Source: an uncultured Heliobacteriaceae bacterium
Lineage (GTDB): Bacteria; Acidobacteriota; Blastocatellia; RBC074
Direction of reading: 5' to 3'
Length of the DNA stretch: 64,000 nucleotides
Assembly (NCBI GenBank): GCA_964631865.1
Contig: CAZWAK010000007.1
Coordinates: 1,934 to 65,933, forward strand
The notes under the pieces are model-generated. The model made no database searches and had not been told where the DNA came from. It was given only the letters and a program-made list of their open reading frames with translations. A program made the translations under genes and the position numbers. Below, one piece after another: positions 19,858-29,489 of this stretch. Position 1 is the stretch's first letter, and every line of letters begins with the position of its first letter.

Positions 19858-20397
19858 TTATTTCACTTTGAATGAACGCGCGATGGCGTCGGTTTGGCTG
19901 CGCAGGGCTTCCATCGTGCCGCGATTGCCCGTGAAGCGCAGTAGGTACACAGTCGTTTCATTCACTTGCAAATAATAGTTGCGGCCTTTCTTCGGGCGTC
20001 CGCCTTGCGTGAAATCATAAGCTGTAACCGCTGCCGGAATCTTGCCGCCGCCGGCACTGAAATCTTCCAGCGCGCCTTTTGTGTAGCCCGGCAGGAAGGT
20101 CAACGTTTGCCCTTCATCTTTTTTGAAGACATCAATAAGTTTCGCATCTTTTTCGACTTCGATGCGACGCACTTTCAGCAAACTGTCTTCGCGGACTTTG
20201 TACACGACTTCGATCTGTTTGCGACCCAAGCCGTCCTGACTTTGAATCGCCAGCCAATCAGCGTTGGGCAAAGTCAACGAATATTTTCCTTCGGGGTCAT
20301 CAATGGTGTTTCCTTGCGCTTCAGCTTTGCGTAACGATGAAACACCGAGCACTAACCCCATCACCGCAAATGCGAGAAAGCAAAATCTCAACTTCAT
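19858..20397 (-). CDS. Secreted hypothetical protein
   Basis: Signal peptide MKLRFCFLAFAVMGLVLGVSSL. No recognisable domain. Confidence 0.55.
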   Translation of the reverse strand: MKLRFCFLAFAVMGLVLGVSSLRKAEAQGNTIDDPEGKYSLTLPNADWLAIQSQDGLGRKQIEVVYKVREDSLLKVRRIEVEKDAKLIDVFKKDEGQTLTFLPGYTKGALEDFSAGGGKIPAAVTAYDFTQGGRPKKGRNYYLQVNETTVYLLRFTGNRGTMEALRSQTDAIARSFKVK

Positions 20398-20416
20398 TTT
20401 GGATTCTCCTTAAATC

Positions 20417-21196
20417 TTAATTGGTCGCTGGCTGAGCATTCAGCAGCGCCAGGCTTTTTCCGATGGTTTGTTCGATGGCGGCGCGTTGGAGCGCAATTAA
20501 GTTATCAATGCCAACTTCCGCCGCCGCGATCAATTCGTGCATTTGCGCGCGCGAAAACGGTTCGGCTTCGGCAGTGCCCTGCAACTCGATGAAGCGACCA
20601 TCGCCCGTGCGCACAATGTTCATATCCACTTCCGCCGTCGAATCTTCCGTGTAGGCCAAATCGAGCAACACGCGGCCTGCGACGATGCCAACGCTGACCG
20701 CCGCGACGTAATCGCGCAGCGGCAATTTCGTGAGCTTCTGATTCTCGACGACTTTGTTCAGCGCGATGGCGAGCGCCACGAAGCCGCCCGTGATCGAAGC
20801 CGTGCGCGTGCCGCCATCGGCCTGAATCACATCGCAATCAATCGTGACGGTGCGTTCGCCGAGCGCCGACATATCCAACGCCGCGCGCAGACTGCGCCCA
20901 ATCAAGCGTTGGATTTCGTGCGTGCGACCGGACGGCCCGCCGCGTCCGATTTCGCGCGCGGTGCGGGATTCGGTCGCGCGCGGCAACATCGCATATTCCG
21001 CCGTGACCCAGCCTTGCCCTTTGCCCTTCAAAAAATTCGGCACTTTTTCGTCTATCGTCGCCGTACAAATCACGCGCGTCGCGCCGACTTCAATCAGCAC
21101 CGAGCCTTCGGCGTATTTGGTGAATCCGGTCGTGATGTTGGTGGGCCGAATCTCCAACGGCGAACGTCCATCAAGACGTGTGAAAGTTTCCGACAT
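20417..21196 (-). CDS. rph: Ribonuclease PH
   Basis: ...[33 protein letters not shown]... and the RNase PH domains. Start at [11 protein letters not shown]. Confidence 0.9.
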   Translation of the reverse strand: MSETFTRLDGRSPLEIRPTNITTGFTKYAEGSVLIEVGATRVICTATIDEKVPNFLKGKGQGWVTAEYAMLPRATESRTAREIGRGGPSGRTHEIQRLIGRSLRAALDMSALGERTVTIDCDVIQADGGTRTASITGGFVALAIALNKVVENQKLTKLPLRDYVAAVSVGIVAGRVLLDLAYTEDSTAEVDMNIVRTGDGRFIELQGTAEAEPFSRAQMHELIAAAEVGIDNLIALQRAAIEQTIGKSLALLNAQPATN

Positions 21197-22049
21197 GCTC
21201 CAAAACCTCAACGGCTTCCAGATGTTCGAGTGGATAGCCTAAAAATCGTTCCGCGATACGATGAAACCGCGCCGCCGCGTCCGTCACATAAAACTCGCTC
21301 CAGCCTTTGTCCGTTTGCGGATTGCGCAACTTGCGTTCGTGCAGCAGCGTTTCAATTTCGGCAGCCGTCGCCGCGCCGGAGTCAATCAATGTGACATCGC
21401 CGCCGATTGTTTCAGCAATCACGGTTTTTAGCAAAGGGTAATGTGTGCAACCGAGCACGAGCGTGTCAATTTGCTGGGCACGCAACGGCGCAAGATATTT
21501 TTCCGCGACTTGATGCGCGATGGCGGAATCCGTTTCGCCTTCTTCGACGAGCGGCACAAACAGCGGACAGGCTTGCGAAACGATTTCGACCGCGTCGTGA
21601 CAAGCCTCGCGCAAACCATCGGCATACGCCCCGCTGCCAATCGTCGCTTCGGTCGCAATCACACCGATGCGCTGATTCTTCGTCGCCCGCGCCGCCGCGC
21701 GCACGCCCGGCCCGATCACGCTCAAAAACGGCACATCAAATTCGCGCCGCAACCGTTCGCGCGCCAACGCCGACGCCGTGTTGCACGCAATGATGATGAC
21801 TTTGACGCCTTTGTGAATTAGGAACGCGGCATCTTCGACGGCATAACGTTCGACCGTCGCGCGCGATTTCGTCCCATACGGCACGCGCGCCGTATCGCCC
21901 AAATAAATCAGGTTCTCATTCGGCAATCGTTCGCGCACCGCGCGCAGCACGGTCAGCCCGCCAACACCGGAATCAAAAATTCCGATGGGCAGTGAAGGTT
22001 GGGCATGTTGTTCCGATGATTGCATCAAGGCAGGAATCTCAAATTTCAA
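21171..22049 (-). CDS. murI: Glutamate racemase
   Basis: [14 protein letters not shown]...ACNTAS...LGCTHYPLL are the MurI catalytic motifs. It overlaps the rph start by about 26 nt. Confidence 0.85.
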   Translation of the reverse strand: MKFEIPALMQSSEQHAQPSLPIGIFDSGVGGLTVLRAVRERLPNENLIYLGDTARVPYGTKSRATVERYAVEDAAFLIHKGVKVIIIACNTASALARERLRREFDVPFLSVIGPGVRAAARATKNQRIGVIATEATIGSGAYADGLREACHDAVEIVSQACPLFVPLVEEGETDSAIAHQVAEKYLAPLRAQQIDTLVLGCTHYPLLKTVIAETIGGDVTLIDSGAATAAEIETLLHERKLRNPQTDKGWSEFYVTDAAARFHRIAERFLGYPLEHLEAVEVLEHVGNFHTS

Positions 22050-22076
22050 ATCTCAAATCTCAAATTCGAGATGTAA

Positions 22077-22442
22077 TGGTGGAGGTGGTCGGAATCGAAC
22101 CGACGTCTAGCAGCCATTCACGAAAGAATCTACATACTTAGCCGCTTCGATTATGTTTTCACTCCCGCGCGGTAGTGCGAAGCGGCGAAGAACCGCGCGC
22201 GAGCTATGCCAGAGAAGTCTCGCTCTCCAACTCTGACCTGCGTCAGAAAGCCAGCCGATACAAGTGACGCTCGGAGCCACGCCTATCGGCGAAACGTGGG
22301 CGAACGGGCTGTGAACTAGAGTTAACTAGGCAGCCATTGCGAGTTCTTGATTCGCAATTATGTTTTGCTTGCAGAGTACGGGTTACAAGCATCCCGGTAT
22401 GCATCCGTCGCTGCAGGTCTCCTATCGAAACCAATGCACCCC
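22077..22442 (-). ncRNA. ssrA: tmRNA (SsrA)
   Basis: The minus strand reads 5' GGGGGTGCATTGGTTTCGATAGG... and ends ...GTCGGTTCGATTCCGACCACCTCCACCA, giving a tRNA-like acceptor, T-arm and CCA. An internal ORF ...GCG AAT CAA GAA CTC GCA ATG GCT GCC TAG TTAA suggests a tag ending ANQELAMAA. Confidence 0.75.
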
Positions 22443-22541
22443 CACATTCAAAGAGCGTTTCTATTGTCAGGGAAACGCGGACGGTTTAGAGTCTACGGTT
22501 CGTAAAGATGTGTGTCAAGCACCTGATTTTTCGAGGATTTC

Positions 22542-24035
22542 ATGCAGAAATTGATTTGTGTTCCGATTACAGAACCGAAGATGTTGGATTTCGTGCGGGC
22601 GATTGAAGAGGCAGAAAAAACCGCCGACATTATCGAACTACGCCTTGATTACGTGACCGATCATTCTCCGGCCTATGTGCTGAAGCTGATAGAAACGAGA
22701 AAGGATTTTTTTCGCAAACCCTTCATTCTTACTTATCGCCCGCGCGAGCAAGGCGGACAGCGAGATATAAAATTTAATGATCGCCTCAGATTTTGGCGAA
22801 AATTAGATTTTTGGGACGTGATTGATTACGCTGACATTGAACTGGATATGGTTGAGCGATTAGCCCAAACCAAATTCCAAATCCCCTGGCACAAAGTTAT
22901 CTGCTCATATCACAACTTTGACGAAACACCCGCGAATCTCAACGAAATTTACGAACGCATCGCGCGCACACCCGCGGCTGTCGTCAAAATCGCCACGAAA
23001 GCGAACCGCATTGCCGATTGCCTGCCGCTGTTCGACTTGATGCAGCGCGGCGCAAAGCCCGTCATCATTTTGGGGATGGGCTTGCCCGGCGTGGCGACGC
23101 GCATTCTGGCGTTGTCACGCGGCGCGATGCTCACGTTCGGAGCTTTGCGACGCGGCGCTGAAAGCGCGAGTGGACAACCGACCGCGACAGAACTGCGCGA
23201 GTTGTATCGCGCGCATCAACTCACGCCACACAGCGAAATTTACGGCGTCATCGGCAACCCAATCGGCCATTCGCGTTCGCCGCTGATTCACAATGCCGCG
23301 CTCCAAGCCGTCGGTAGAGACGCTGTGTACTTGCCGCTCGAAGTAAACGATGCGGCGGAATTCATTCGTGATTTCGTGCATCCGAAAACCAAAAAGCTGG
23401 ATTGGAATTTGCGCGGCTTGAGCGTGACGATTCCGCACAAACTGAGCGTGATGCCGCATCTGGATTTCATCTCGCCCGCTGCCGAAGCGGTTGGCGCAGT
23501 CAACACGATCATCGTCAAAGGCGACGAATTGCACGGCGACAACACGGACGTGATCGGCGCGATGAACCCGCTCGAAAAACTGATGGATGTGAACGGCGCG
23601 CGGGCGGCCATCATCGGCGCGGGCGGCGCAGCACGCGCGATTTGTTATGGCCTGCAACAACGCGGCGCAAGCGTGACGATTTATGCGCGCGATGTTCGCA
23701 AAGCGCAAACGCTCGCCGACGAATTCAATGCACACGCCGCAGCCATCAGCGATTTTCGCGGCGATGTTGATCTCGTCATCAACTGCACGCCCGTCGGAAT
23801 GCAGGGCCACAACGAAGCGGCCAGCCCGCTCAACGCTGACACATTGAAAAACGTGCGCCTGGTGTACGATCTGATTTACAACCCGCGCGAAACGCAATTG
23901 CTCAAAGATGCAACCGCCCTCGGCTGCCAAACGCTCGGCGGCATGGCGATGCTGCTTGGGCAAGCGGCAGAACAGTTTCGTTTGTGGACAGGCGCAGACG
24001 CGCCGTTGGACGTGATGTGGCAGGCCATCGCGTGA
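22542..24035 (+). CDS. aroDE: Bifunctional 3-dehydroquinate dehydratase (type I) / shikimate dehydrogenase
   Basis: N-terminal type-I DHQase-like region, and a C-terminal AroE region with ...YGVIGNPIGHSRSPLIHNAA... and a Rossmann fold (GAGGAARAI). Confidence 0.85.
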   Translation: MQKLICVPITEPKMLDFVRAIEEAEKTADIIELRLDYVTDHSPAYVLKLIETRKDFFRKPFILTYRPREQGGQRDIKFNDRLRFWRKLDFWDVIDYADIELDMVERLAQTKFQIPWHKVICSYHNFDETPANLNEIYERIARTPAAVVKIATKANRIADCLPLFDLMQRGAKPVIILGMGLPGVATRILALSRGAMLTFGALRRGAESASGQPTATELRELYRAHQLTPHSEIYGVIGNPIGHSRSPLIHNAALQAVGRDAVYLPLEVNDAAEFIRDFVHPKTKKLDWNLRGLSVTIPHKLSVMPHLDFISPAAEAVGAVNTIIVKGDELHGDNTDVIGAMNPLEKLMDVNGARAAIIGAGGAARAICYGLQQRGASVTIYARDVRKAQTLADEFNAHAAAISDFRGDVDLVINCTPVGMQGHNEAASPLNADTLKNVRLVYDLIYNPRETQLLKDATALGCQTLGGMAMLLGQAAEQFRLWTGADAPLDVMWQAIA

Positions 24036-24123
24036 AAAAAATCCGCGCCGCTCCGTTTCATCCGCATCATTCGTAGTCTATTATTGCCGTTCAATTTGAA
24101 TTTCAGACAAAGGCCAAAAACGA

Positions 24124-25521
24124 ATGACTACGCAACCCGATTGGGCAATCCCGAATTATCTCGAAGTCAAAAACAACCACCTGCACATCAATGACGTAGA
24201 TGTGACGACGCTCGCCGCGCAATACGACACGCCGCTGTTTGTGATTTCTGCGCCGCGCATTCGCGCCAATATCGCGCGCCTGCTCGAAGCGAAAAAGCAT
24301 CATCCGAAACTCAAACTTTGCTATGCCTCGAAAGCGAACAATGCGCTCGGCGTCTTGCGCGTCGTGCGGGATGCCGGGATTGATGTCGAAGTGAATTCCG
24401 GCGGCGAATTGTTTCGGGCCTTGCGCGCGGGCTTTCGGCCAGAGCAAATCGAAATGAACGGCATTGCCAAAACCGAACAGGAAATCGCCGAAGCCATCGA
24501 AGCGGGCATTTACGCGATCAATCTGGATTCGCCGTTTGAACTGGAATTGGTCGAACAGGTTGCGGCGAAACTCAACAAGCGCGCCAACGTCACGGTGCGT
24601 TTGGTGGCAGGCGTCGGTACACGCTCGCACGCCGGATTGCAGACGGCGCTCTACACCTCGAAATTCGGCATCTCGCCGTCGCAAGCCCGCGAAGTGATGC
24701 TGCGTGCGCTGCGCAATCCTGATCACCTCAACCTCGCAGGCATTCACATTCACGTCGGCTCGCAAACACCTGACCCCGAACCGTACGCCACAGCGTTTGC
24801 GACCATGTGGGAACATTTGTTGTGGCTGCACAAAGAAACCGGACACGAGTTGCAACACATCAACATCGGCGGCGGCATTCCGGTGAATTATTTGCGTGAC
24901 CGCGCGCACGCCGAAGAAATCAGCGCCAACGAACGCACGATGCTCGGCGCGATTTTGACGTCCGACGAAGCGATTGGCGCGGCGCTCGAAGCCGTACGCA
25001 AAGCCGCACGCATCGCAGGCGCAGACCATTTGCTCAACGATTTGGAAATCGTGATGGAACCGGGACGCGCCGTCATCGGCGATGCGGTCACGATTTTGAC
25101 CACCGTGCGCAACCTCAAAACGCGCCCGGAGACACATGAAAACTGGGTACTGACGGACGCGGGGTATAACCTGATGCTTTCGATGGTGATGTACCACTGG
25201 TATTACCACGCTGTGAACGCCTCGCGCGCAGGCGAAGCCCATTCGTCGCGCTATCGGATGGCGGGGCCGTTGTGCGATGGCGGCGATGTCTATTTCGATT
25301 TGCACGGCGAAGGGCATTTGCCGGATTGCCGGTTGTTGCCGGTGAATGCACAGGTCGGCGAAGTCATCGCGATGCTGAACACAGGCGCGTACACGATGTC
25401 GCAAATGACGGCGTACAACGGACGCCCCTTTCCGGCGGCGGTGCTGGTGGAGGACGACGGTCAAGTCGAAGTCATTCGCAAACGCGACAGCTACGAAGAT
25501 TTGTTGCTGAACGAAATTTGA
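24124..25521 (+). CDS. PLP-dependent decarboxylase, Orn/DAP/Arg decarboxylase family 2 (diaminopimelate decarboxylase-like)
   Basis: ...YASKAN... and ...EPGRAVIG...CDGGD... signatures of the family. Confidence 0.75.
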   Translation: MTTQPDWAIPNYLEVKNNHLHINDVDVTTLAAQYDTPLFVISAPRIRANIARLLEAKKHHPKLKLCYASKANNALGVLRVVRDAGIDVEVNSGGELFRALRAGFRPEQIEMNGIAKTEQEIAEAIEAGIYAINLDSPFELELVEQVAAKLNKRANVTVRLVAGVGTRSHAGLQTALYTSKFGISPSQAREVMLRALRNPDHLNLAGIHIHVGSQTPDPEPYATAFATMWEHLLWLHKETGHELQHINIGGGIPVNYLRDRAHAEEISANERTMLGAILTSDEAIGAALEAVRKAARIAGADHLLNDLEIVMEPGRAVIGDAVTILTTVRNLKTRPETHENWVLTDAGYNLMLSMVMYHWYYHAVNASRAGEAHSSRYRMAGPLCDGGDVYFDLHGEGHLPDCRLLPVNAQVGEVIAMLNTGAYTMSQMTAYNGRPFPAAVLVEDDGQVEVIRKRDSYEDLLLNEI

Positions 25522-25559
25522 TTCACGAGTACCGTTCGCCTCAGCGAGCGCTGGCAGGA

Positions 25560-26372
25560 TCATTTGCGCCGCTTCTCGGTTCGGACTGGATTACGTGTGA
25601 GTAAGACACGATAGCGATAGAGGTCGCTGCGATAGAGAACCCGGACGTATTCGACGGGTTTTTCTTCGGCGCTATAAATCGTATTCTCGATGGACAACAA
25701 GGCCGAGCCGACCGGGATTTCCAGGCGTCCGGCCACATACGGATCGGCCAGCGCCGCCGTGATTTGTTGGATGCCTTTGTACAGGCGGAGGCCGATTTTG
25801 GTTTCCAATTGTTCCAGCACCGACCCCTGACTCAAGTCCTCTGCCGTCAGCCGCACCCCAATTTCGGCGGGGAAATAATTGACCAATAATCCGTACGGCT
25901 TGTCATCGAGCAAGCGCAAGCGTTCGACGCGCGAAACCGGATCGCCGAGTTGCAAGCCCAGCAACTTGGCGGCTTGGGCATCGGCTTTGATGAGGTTGAT
26001 GTCGAGCACTTTCACGGGCGTCTTTTGCCCCATCGCAATCAACTCATCCAGCGACCCCGTCAAGTTAATCACCCCTTCAAAGCGTCCCTCCACCAGGTTA
26101 GTGCGCGCGCGGCGTTCGGCAATAAACGTGCCGCGTCCCTGCCGTCGCTCAATTAACCCTTCGCCTGCCAGCGTGGCCAGAGCTTGCCGCACGGTGATGC
26201 GGCTGACGCCGTATTCGGCGATCAAATCGTCTTCGGTGGGCAACTGATCGCCCTGCGCATAGACGCCAGAGTTGATCTTTTCGCGCAAGAGGATTTCCAA
26301 TTGATAATAAAGCGGCACGCGCTTGGAAACGAACTGAGCGGGTGGTTTGGTCATAGAGATTTTTCGTGCCAT
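25560..26372 (-). CDS. GntR family (HutC subfamily, UTRA domain) transcriptional regulator
   Basis: An N-terminal wHTH ...LPTEDDLIAEYGVSRITVRQAL... and a UTRA-like C-terminal domain. Confidence 0.8.
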   Translation of the reverse strand: MARKISMTKPPAQFVSKRVPLYYQLEILLREKINSGVYAQGDQLPTEDDLIAEYGVSRITVRQALATLAGEGLIERRQGRGTFIAERRARTNLVEGRFEGVINLTGSLDELIAMGQKTPVKVLDINLIKADAQAAKLLGLQLGDPVSRVERLRLLDDKPYGLLVNYFPAEIGVRLTAEDLSQGSVLEQLETKIGLRLYKGIQQITAALADPYVAGRLEIPVGSALLSIENTIYSAEEKPVEYVRVLYRSDLYRYRVLLTRNPVRTEKRRK

Positions 26373-26518
26373 CTTTTACCTGCGTTGTGGAGCGGGTGAC
26401 AGACACGATTTTATTATAAAAAAATGACAAATGAAATATTATCGTTATATTGTCAGTATGATTGGAACCGATTATTGAGTTTGCCTGTCGCGGTTCGCGG
26501 TAGGACTCTATCCAGGAG

Positions 26519-28060
26519 ATGATTTTGATGAAACGTTTCGCATTCGTTTTTGCACTGACCTGCCTGTTGTTTTCGCTGCCGCTGGCGGCGCAATCCGTAG
26601 ACAAAATTCTCAAACAAGCTACCAAAGCGTTGGGCGATGAAAAAGCCTTGCGCAACCTGCGTTCGTGGCAGGTGCAGGGAACCGTCACGCGCCGTCGCGA
26701 TGGCGAAAGCGGCAAATACGAAGCCGCCGCACTCGCCCCTAATTTGTATTGGGGGCAATTCGATTTGCGCGGCTTAGAAACGAGCGTCGGCTACAGTGGC
26801 AAATCCGGCTGGTTCCGCGATGCGCGCAACGGCTTGCGCACAATGACCGGCGACGTGAGCCGCGATTTTCAGGCCGAAGCCGCGTTGCGCAACACGCGCT
26901 GGCTCGACGCGAAAAAGAACAAAGCCAAACTCGTCGCCGCGCCCGGCACGATCAATGGCAAAGCGGTGAACACCGTGACGATGACGACGGCGAAGAATGT
27001 CCGCCTCAAACTGCATTTCGACGCGGCTTCGGGCTTGCTCGTGCGCGAAGAAATTCCGGCGGGCGCACTGACGCGCATCTTTGACTACAGCGACTACAAG
27101 CCGGTCAACGGCCTTCAGTTTGCGCACACGATCACGACCACTGTCGGGCCGGACATCTACGACATCAAGCTTGACCGCATCGTGCCGAACGCGCCGCTCG
27201 AACGCGCTCGCTTTGACTTCCCCGTTGTGTCCAACGAGCTGCTGCCGAACATTGACGCTTTGTTGCAAGAGGTGAAAGCGAACGAAGACAAAGTGGACGA
27301 AATCCTCGAAAAATACACCTACACCGAAAAGCAAACCGACCGCGAATCCGATGCGTCAGGCCAACTGCGCGAAAAAAAATCCGAGACCTTTGAACTCACC
27401 TTTTACAAAGGCAATCGCATCAAACGACTGATTGAAAAGAACGGCAAACCGCTGGCAGCGAACGAACTCGAAAGTGAAAACAAACGCATTGAAAAGCGCG
27501 TGCGCGAGATTGAGAAGAAAGAAGCCGAGAAAGAAAAGAAAGCCAGCAAAGAACGCGAACTCGCGCAAGAGACCGCCGGAACGCCCGATGACGAAAACGG
27601 ACAACGCATTTCCATCGCCGATGTGTTGCGCGCCTCGAAGCTCACGAACCCGCGCCGCGAACGCTTCCGCAACCGTGATGTAATTGTCTTCGATTTCGAG
27701 CCACTGCCCGGCTACAAACCACAAAAACGCGTCGAGAAATTCTTCGGCAAAACGGCGGGCGCGATTTGGGTAGATGCAAACGACAAGCAAGTCGCCCGCG
27801 TCGAAGCCCGGCTGGTCGAAGCCTACAAAGTCGCGGGCGGGATGCTCGCGTCGCTGAAAGAAGGCGCGACGTTTGTGCTCGAACAAGACCGCGTCAACAA
27901 CGAAATCTGGCTACCAACGCGCGCCGACATCAACCTGTCCATAAAGGTGCTGATGGTCAAAGGCATCAATGCGAATTCGGTGATCGAGTACGGCAACTAC
28001 AAACGCTTCCAGGTGGATGCCGAAAAAGAAAAGCTGAAAGACCCGACCAAACCGCAATGA
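26519..28060 (+). CDS. Secreted hypothetical protein with a KE-rich coiled-coil linker between two LolA-like regions
   Basis: Signal peptide and a KRIEKRVREIEKKEAEKEKKASKERE coiled coil. The domain guess is weak. Confidence 0.5.
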   Translation: MILMKRFAFVFALTCLLFSLPLAAQSVDKILKQATKALGDEKALRNLRSWQVQGTVTRRRDGESGKYEAAALAPNLYWGQFDLRGLETSVGYSGKSGWFRDARNGLRTMTGDVSRDFQAEAALRNTRWLDAKKNKAKLVAAPGTINGKAVNTVTMTTAKNVRLKLHFDAASGLLVREEIPAGALTRIFDYSDYKPVNGLQFAHTITTTVGPDIYDIKLDRIVPNAPLERARFDFPVVSNELLPNIDALLQEVKANEDKVDEILEKYTYTEKQTDRESDASGQLREKKSETFELTFYKGNRIKRLIEKNGKPLAANELESENKRIEKRVREIEKKEAEKEKKASKERELAQETAGTPDDENGQRISIADVLRASKLTNPRRERFRNRDVIVFDFEPLPGYKPQKRVEKFFGKTAGAIWVDANDKQVARVEARLVEAYKVAGGMLASLKEGATFVLEQDRVNNEIWLPTRADINLSIKVLMVKGINANSVIEYGNYKRFQVDAEKEKLKDPTKPQ

Positions 28061-28230
28061 TGGCACGCATCCCGCAAGGCTACGTCGAAACCGCCGCCGG
28101 GCAATTGCATTATCGCAGCGCCGGAGACCGCACTGCGCCGTCCCTGTTGCTGTTACATCAAACCGCGAGTTCGTCTGCGATGGATGAAGCCTTGCAAAAA
28201 CCACATTCCACAATCCGATGCCAGCCGTAG
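28057..28230 (+). pseudogene. N-terminal fragment of an alpha/beta hydrolase (about 57 aa)
   Basis: MMARIPQGYVETAAGQLHYRSAGDRTAPSLLLLHQTASSSAM... then an early stop. It overlaps the next fragment on the other strand. Confidence 0.4.
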
Positions 28231-28593
28231 CCGCTCCTGTGGCACAACCGTCAATGCTGCGTGCGCGCGCTGCACAATATGTTCGACACTTTCGACCGGC
28301 GCTTCGGTGTCCAGATTGAGCAGACCGGGGATCACCGCTTTCCCGCCCGCGTGCGTCAGCCGTTCGGGCGTGTGACCGGGCTGTTCATATTCCAAACTGA
28401 TTTCGTCAATGTTCGTCGCGGCGAGCAAGGCTAATGCCTGTTCGTAGACCGGATTGACGCACTTCGCAGCAATGTTCTTCGAGTAGCCGTAACACATGTG
28501 AACAGCCGAGCGCGTCGTGATGCCGTGCAGCGTGCGATTGATCGCTTCGACGGCAAAGTCTTTGAGCTGCGGGCTGCTTGGGATCACCACCAC
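28153..28593 (-). pseudogene. C-terminal fragment of a cobalamin-independent methionine synthase (MetE-like / URO-D-like) gene
   Basis: A 146-aa ORF ...CYGYS...EISLEYE...DCGMW... resembles the MetE C-terminal region. No matching N-terminus upstream (an AT-rich patch instead). Confidence 0.4.
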
Positions 28594-28759
28594 TTGCTTA
28601 AAGTCCTGAACTGCCCCAAACCGAGTCCTTTATGATGCGGTTACCCTGAGTCATTATAGAAGTACAAGAATATTCTTGACGTTGTAATAATAACAAGACA
28701 ATATAAAACTGCTTCCTCTTTTTCAAAGGAAAAAGTTTTAAGCAGAGAGACAAAAGTTT

Positions 28760-29392
28760 TGCCGTGCAATCGCTCTTTTCATTTTTCATTGTGGACGATG
28801 GGGCGCGACGGCAAATGGCTCGCCAACTTTGCGAGCGAATCTACGAAAACGAGCAAGGGCCGCGTCACGATCAGCACCGAAGCGGTCAAAGCGGATGGCG
28901 GCGGGGTTCTGAACGGCGTCTTTCAGATCGTTCACGGCGGCCCTTCGGTCGGCGGCAAGCGGGTCAACGATGCGCGCATTCGTGCCGTGTCGTTCACGGG
29001 CGGCCTCGCAGGCGGACGCGCGATTGCCCGTGCTCGCGCGGAAGATTTCAAGCCCGCGCAACTCGAACTACGAACAAACTGCCGCGGCGGGCGCAACGTT
29101 TGCCGTCTACAATCCAACGGATGGCAGCGTCGTTGCACAAGCGGCACGAGGCGATGCCACAGATGCTGACCTGGCCGTGCAAGCGGCACGCGCAGCGTTT
29201 CCGCGTTGGGCGAATCTGCCTGCATCGGAACGCGAGCGGTTGCGGCTCAAAGCTGCCGATATATTCGAGCAGCGGAAAGATCGCTTTCCCGATTTGTTGA
29301 TGGACGAAAGCGGCTCGACCATTGCGAAAGCGCGCGACGAAGTGAATTTCACGCCGCAACTTCTGCGGGCGGCAGCGGGCGCAGCGGCGTAG
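28760..29392 (+). pseudogene. Scrambled aldehyde dehydrogenase fragments (a mid-protein fragment followed by an N-terminal fragment in another frame)
   Basis: ...VSFTGGLAGGRAIARARAEDFKPAQLEL... is the ALDH NAD-binding/catalytic region. Downstream, ...VYNPTDGSVVAQAARGDATDADLAVQAARAAFPRWANLPASERERL... is an ALDH N-terminus. Confidence 0.45.
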
Positions 29393-29489
29393 CTACAGCA
29401 TCAAAGCATTTACGGAACAAAAATGGATCAGCGTCGAAGTCAGTCCGCTGCCCATCACAGAACCACAAATCAATTGAAGGAACTTCGGG

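Noticed and set aside
22040-22080. Genomic island integrated at the tmRNA 3' end
   Set aside because: The tmRNA 3' CCA abuts a short repeat and then the murI 5' region. There is no integrase or direct repeat of the tmRNA 3' end.
26380-26518. Candidate GntR/HutC operator in the AT-rich divergent region
   Set aside because: No clear GT-N-AC type dyad could be identified by eye. It is noted only as a promoter-rich region.
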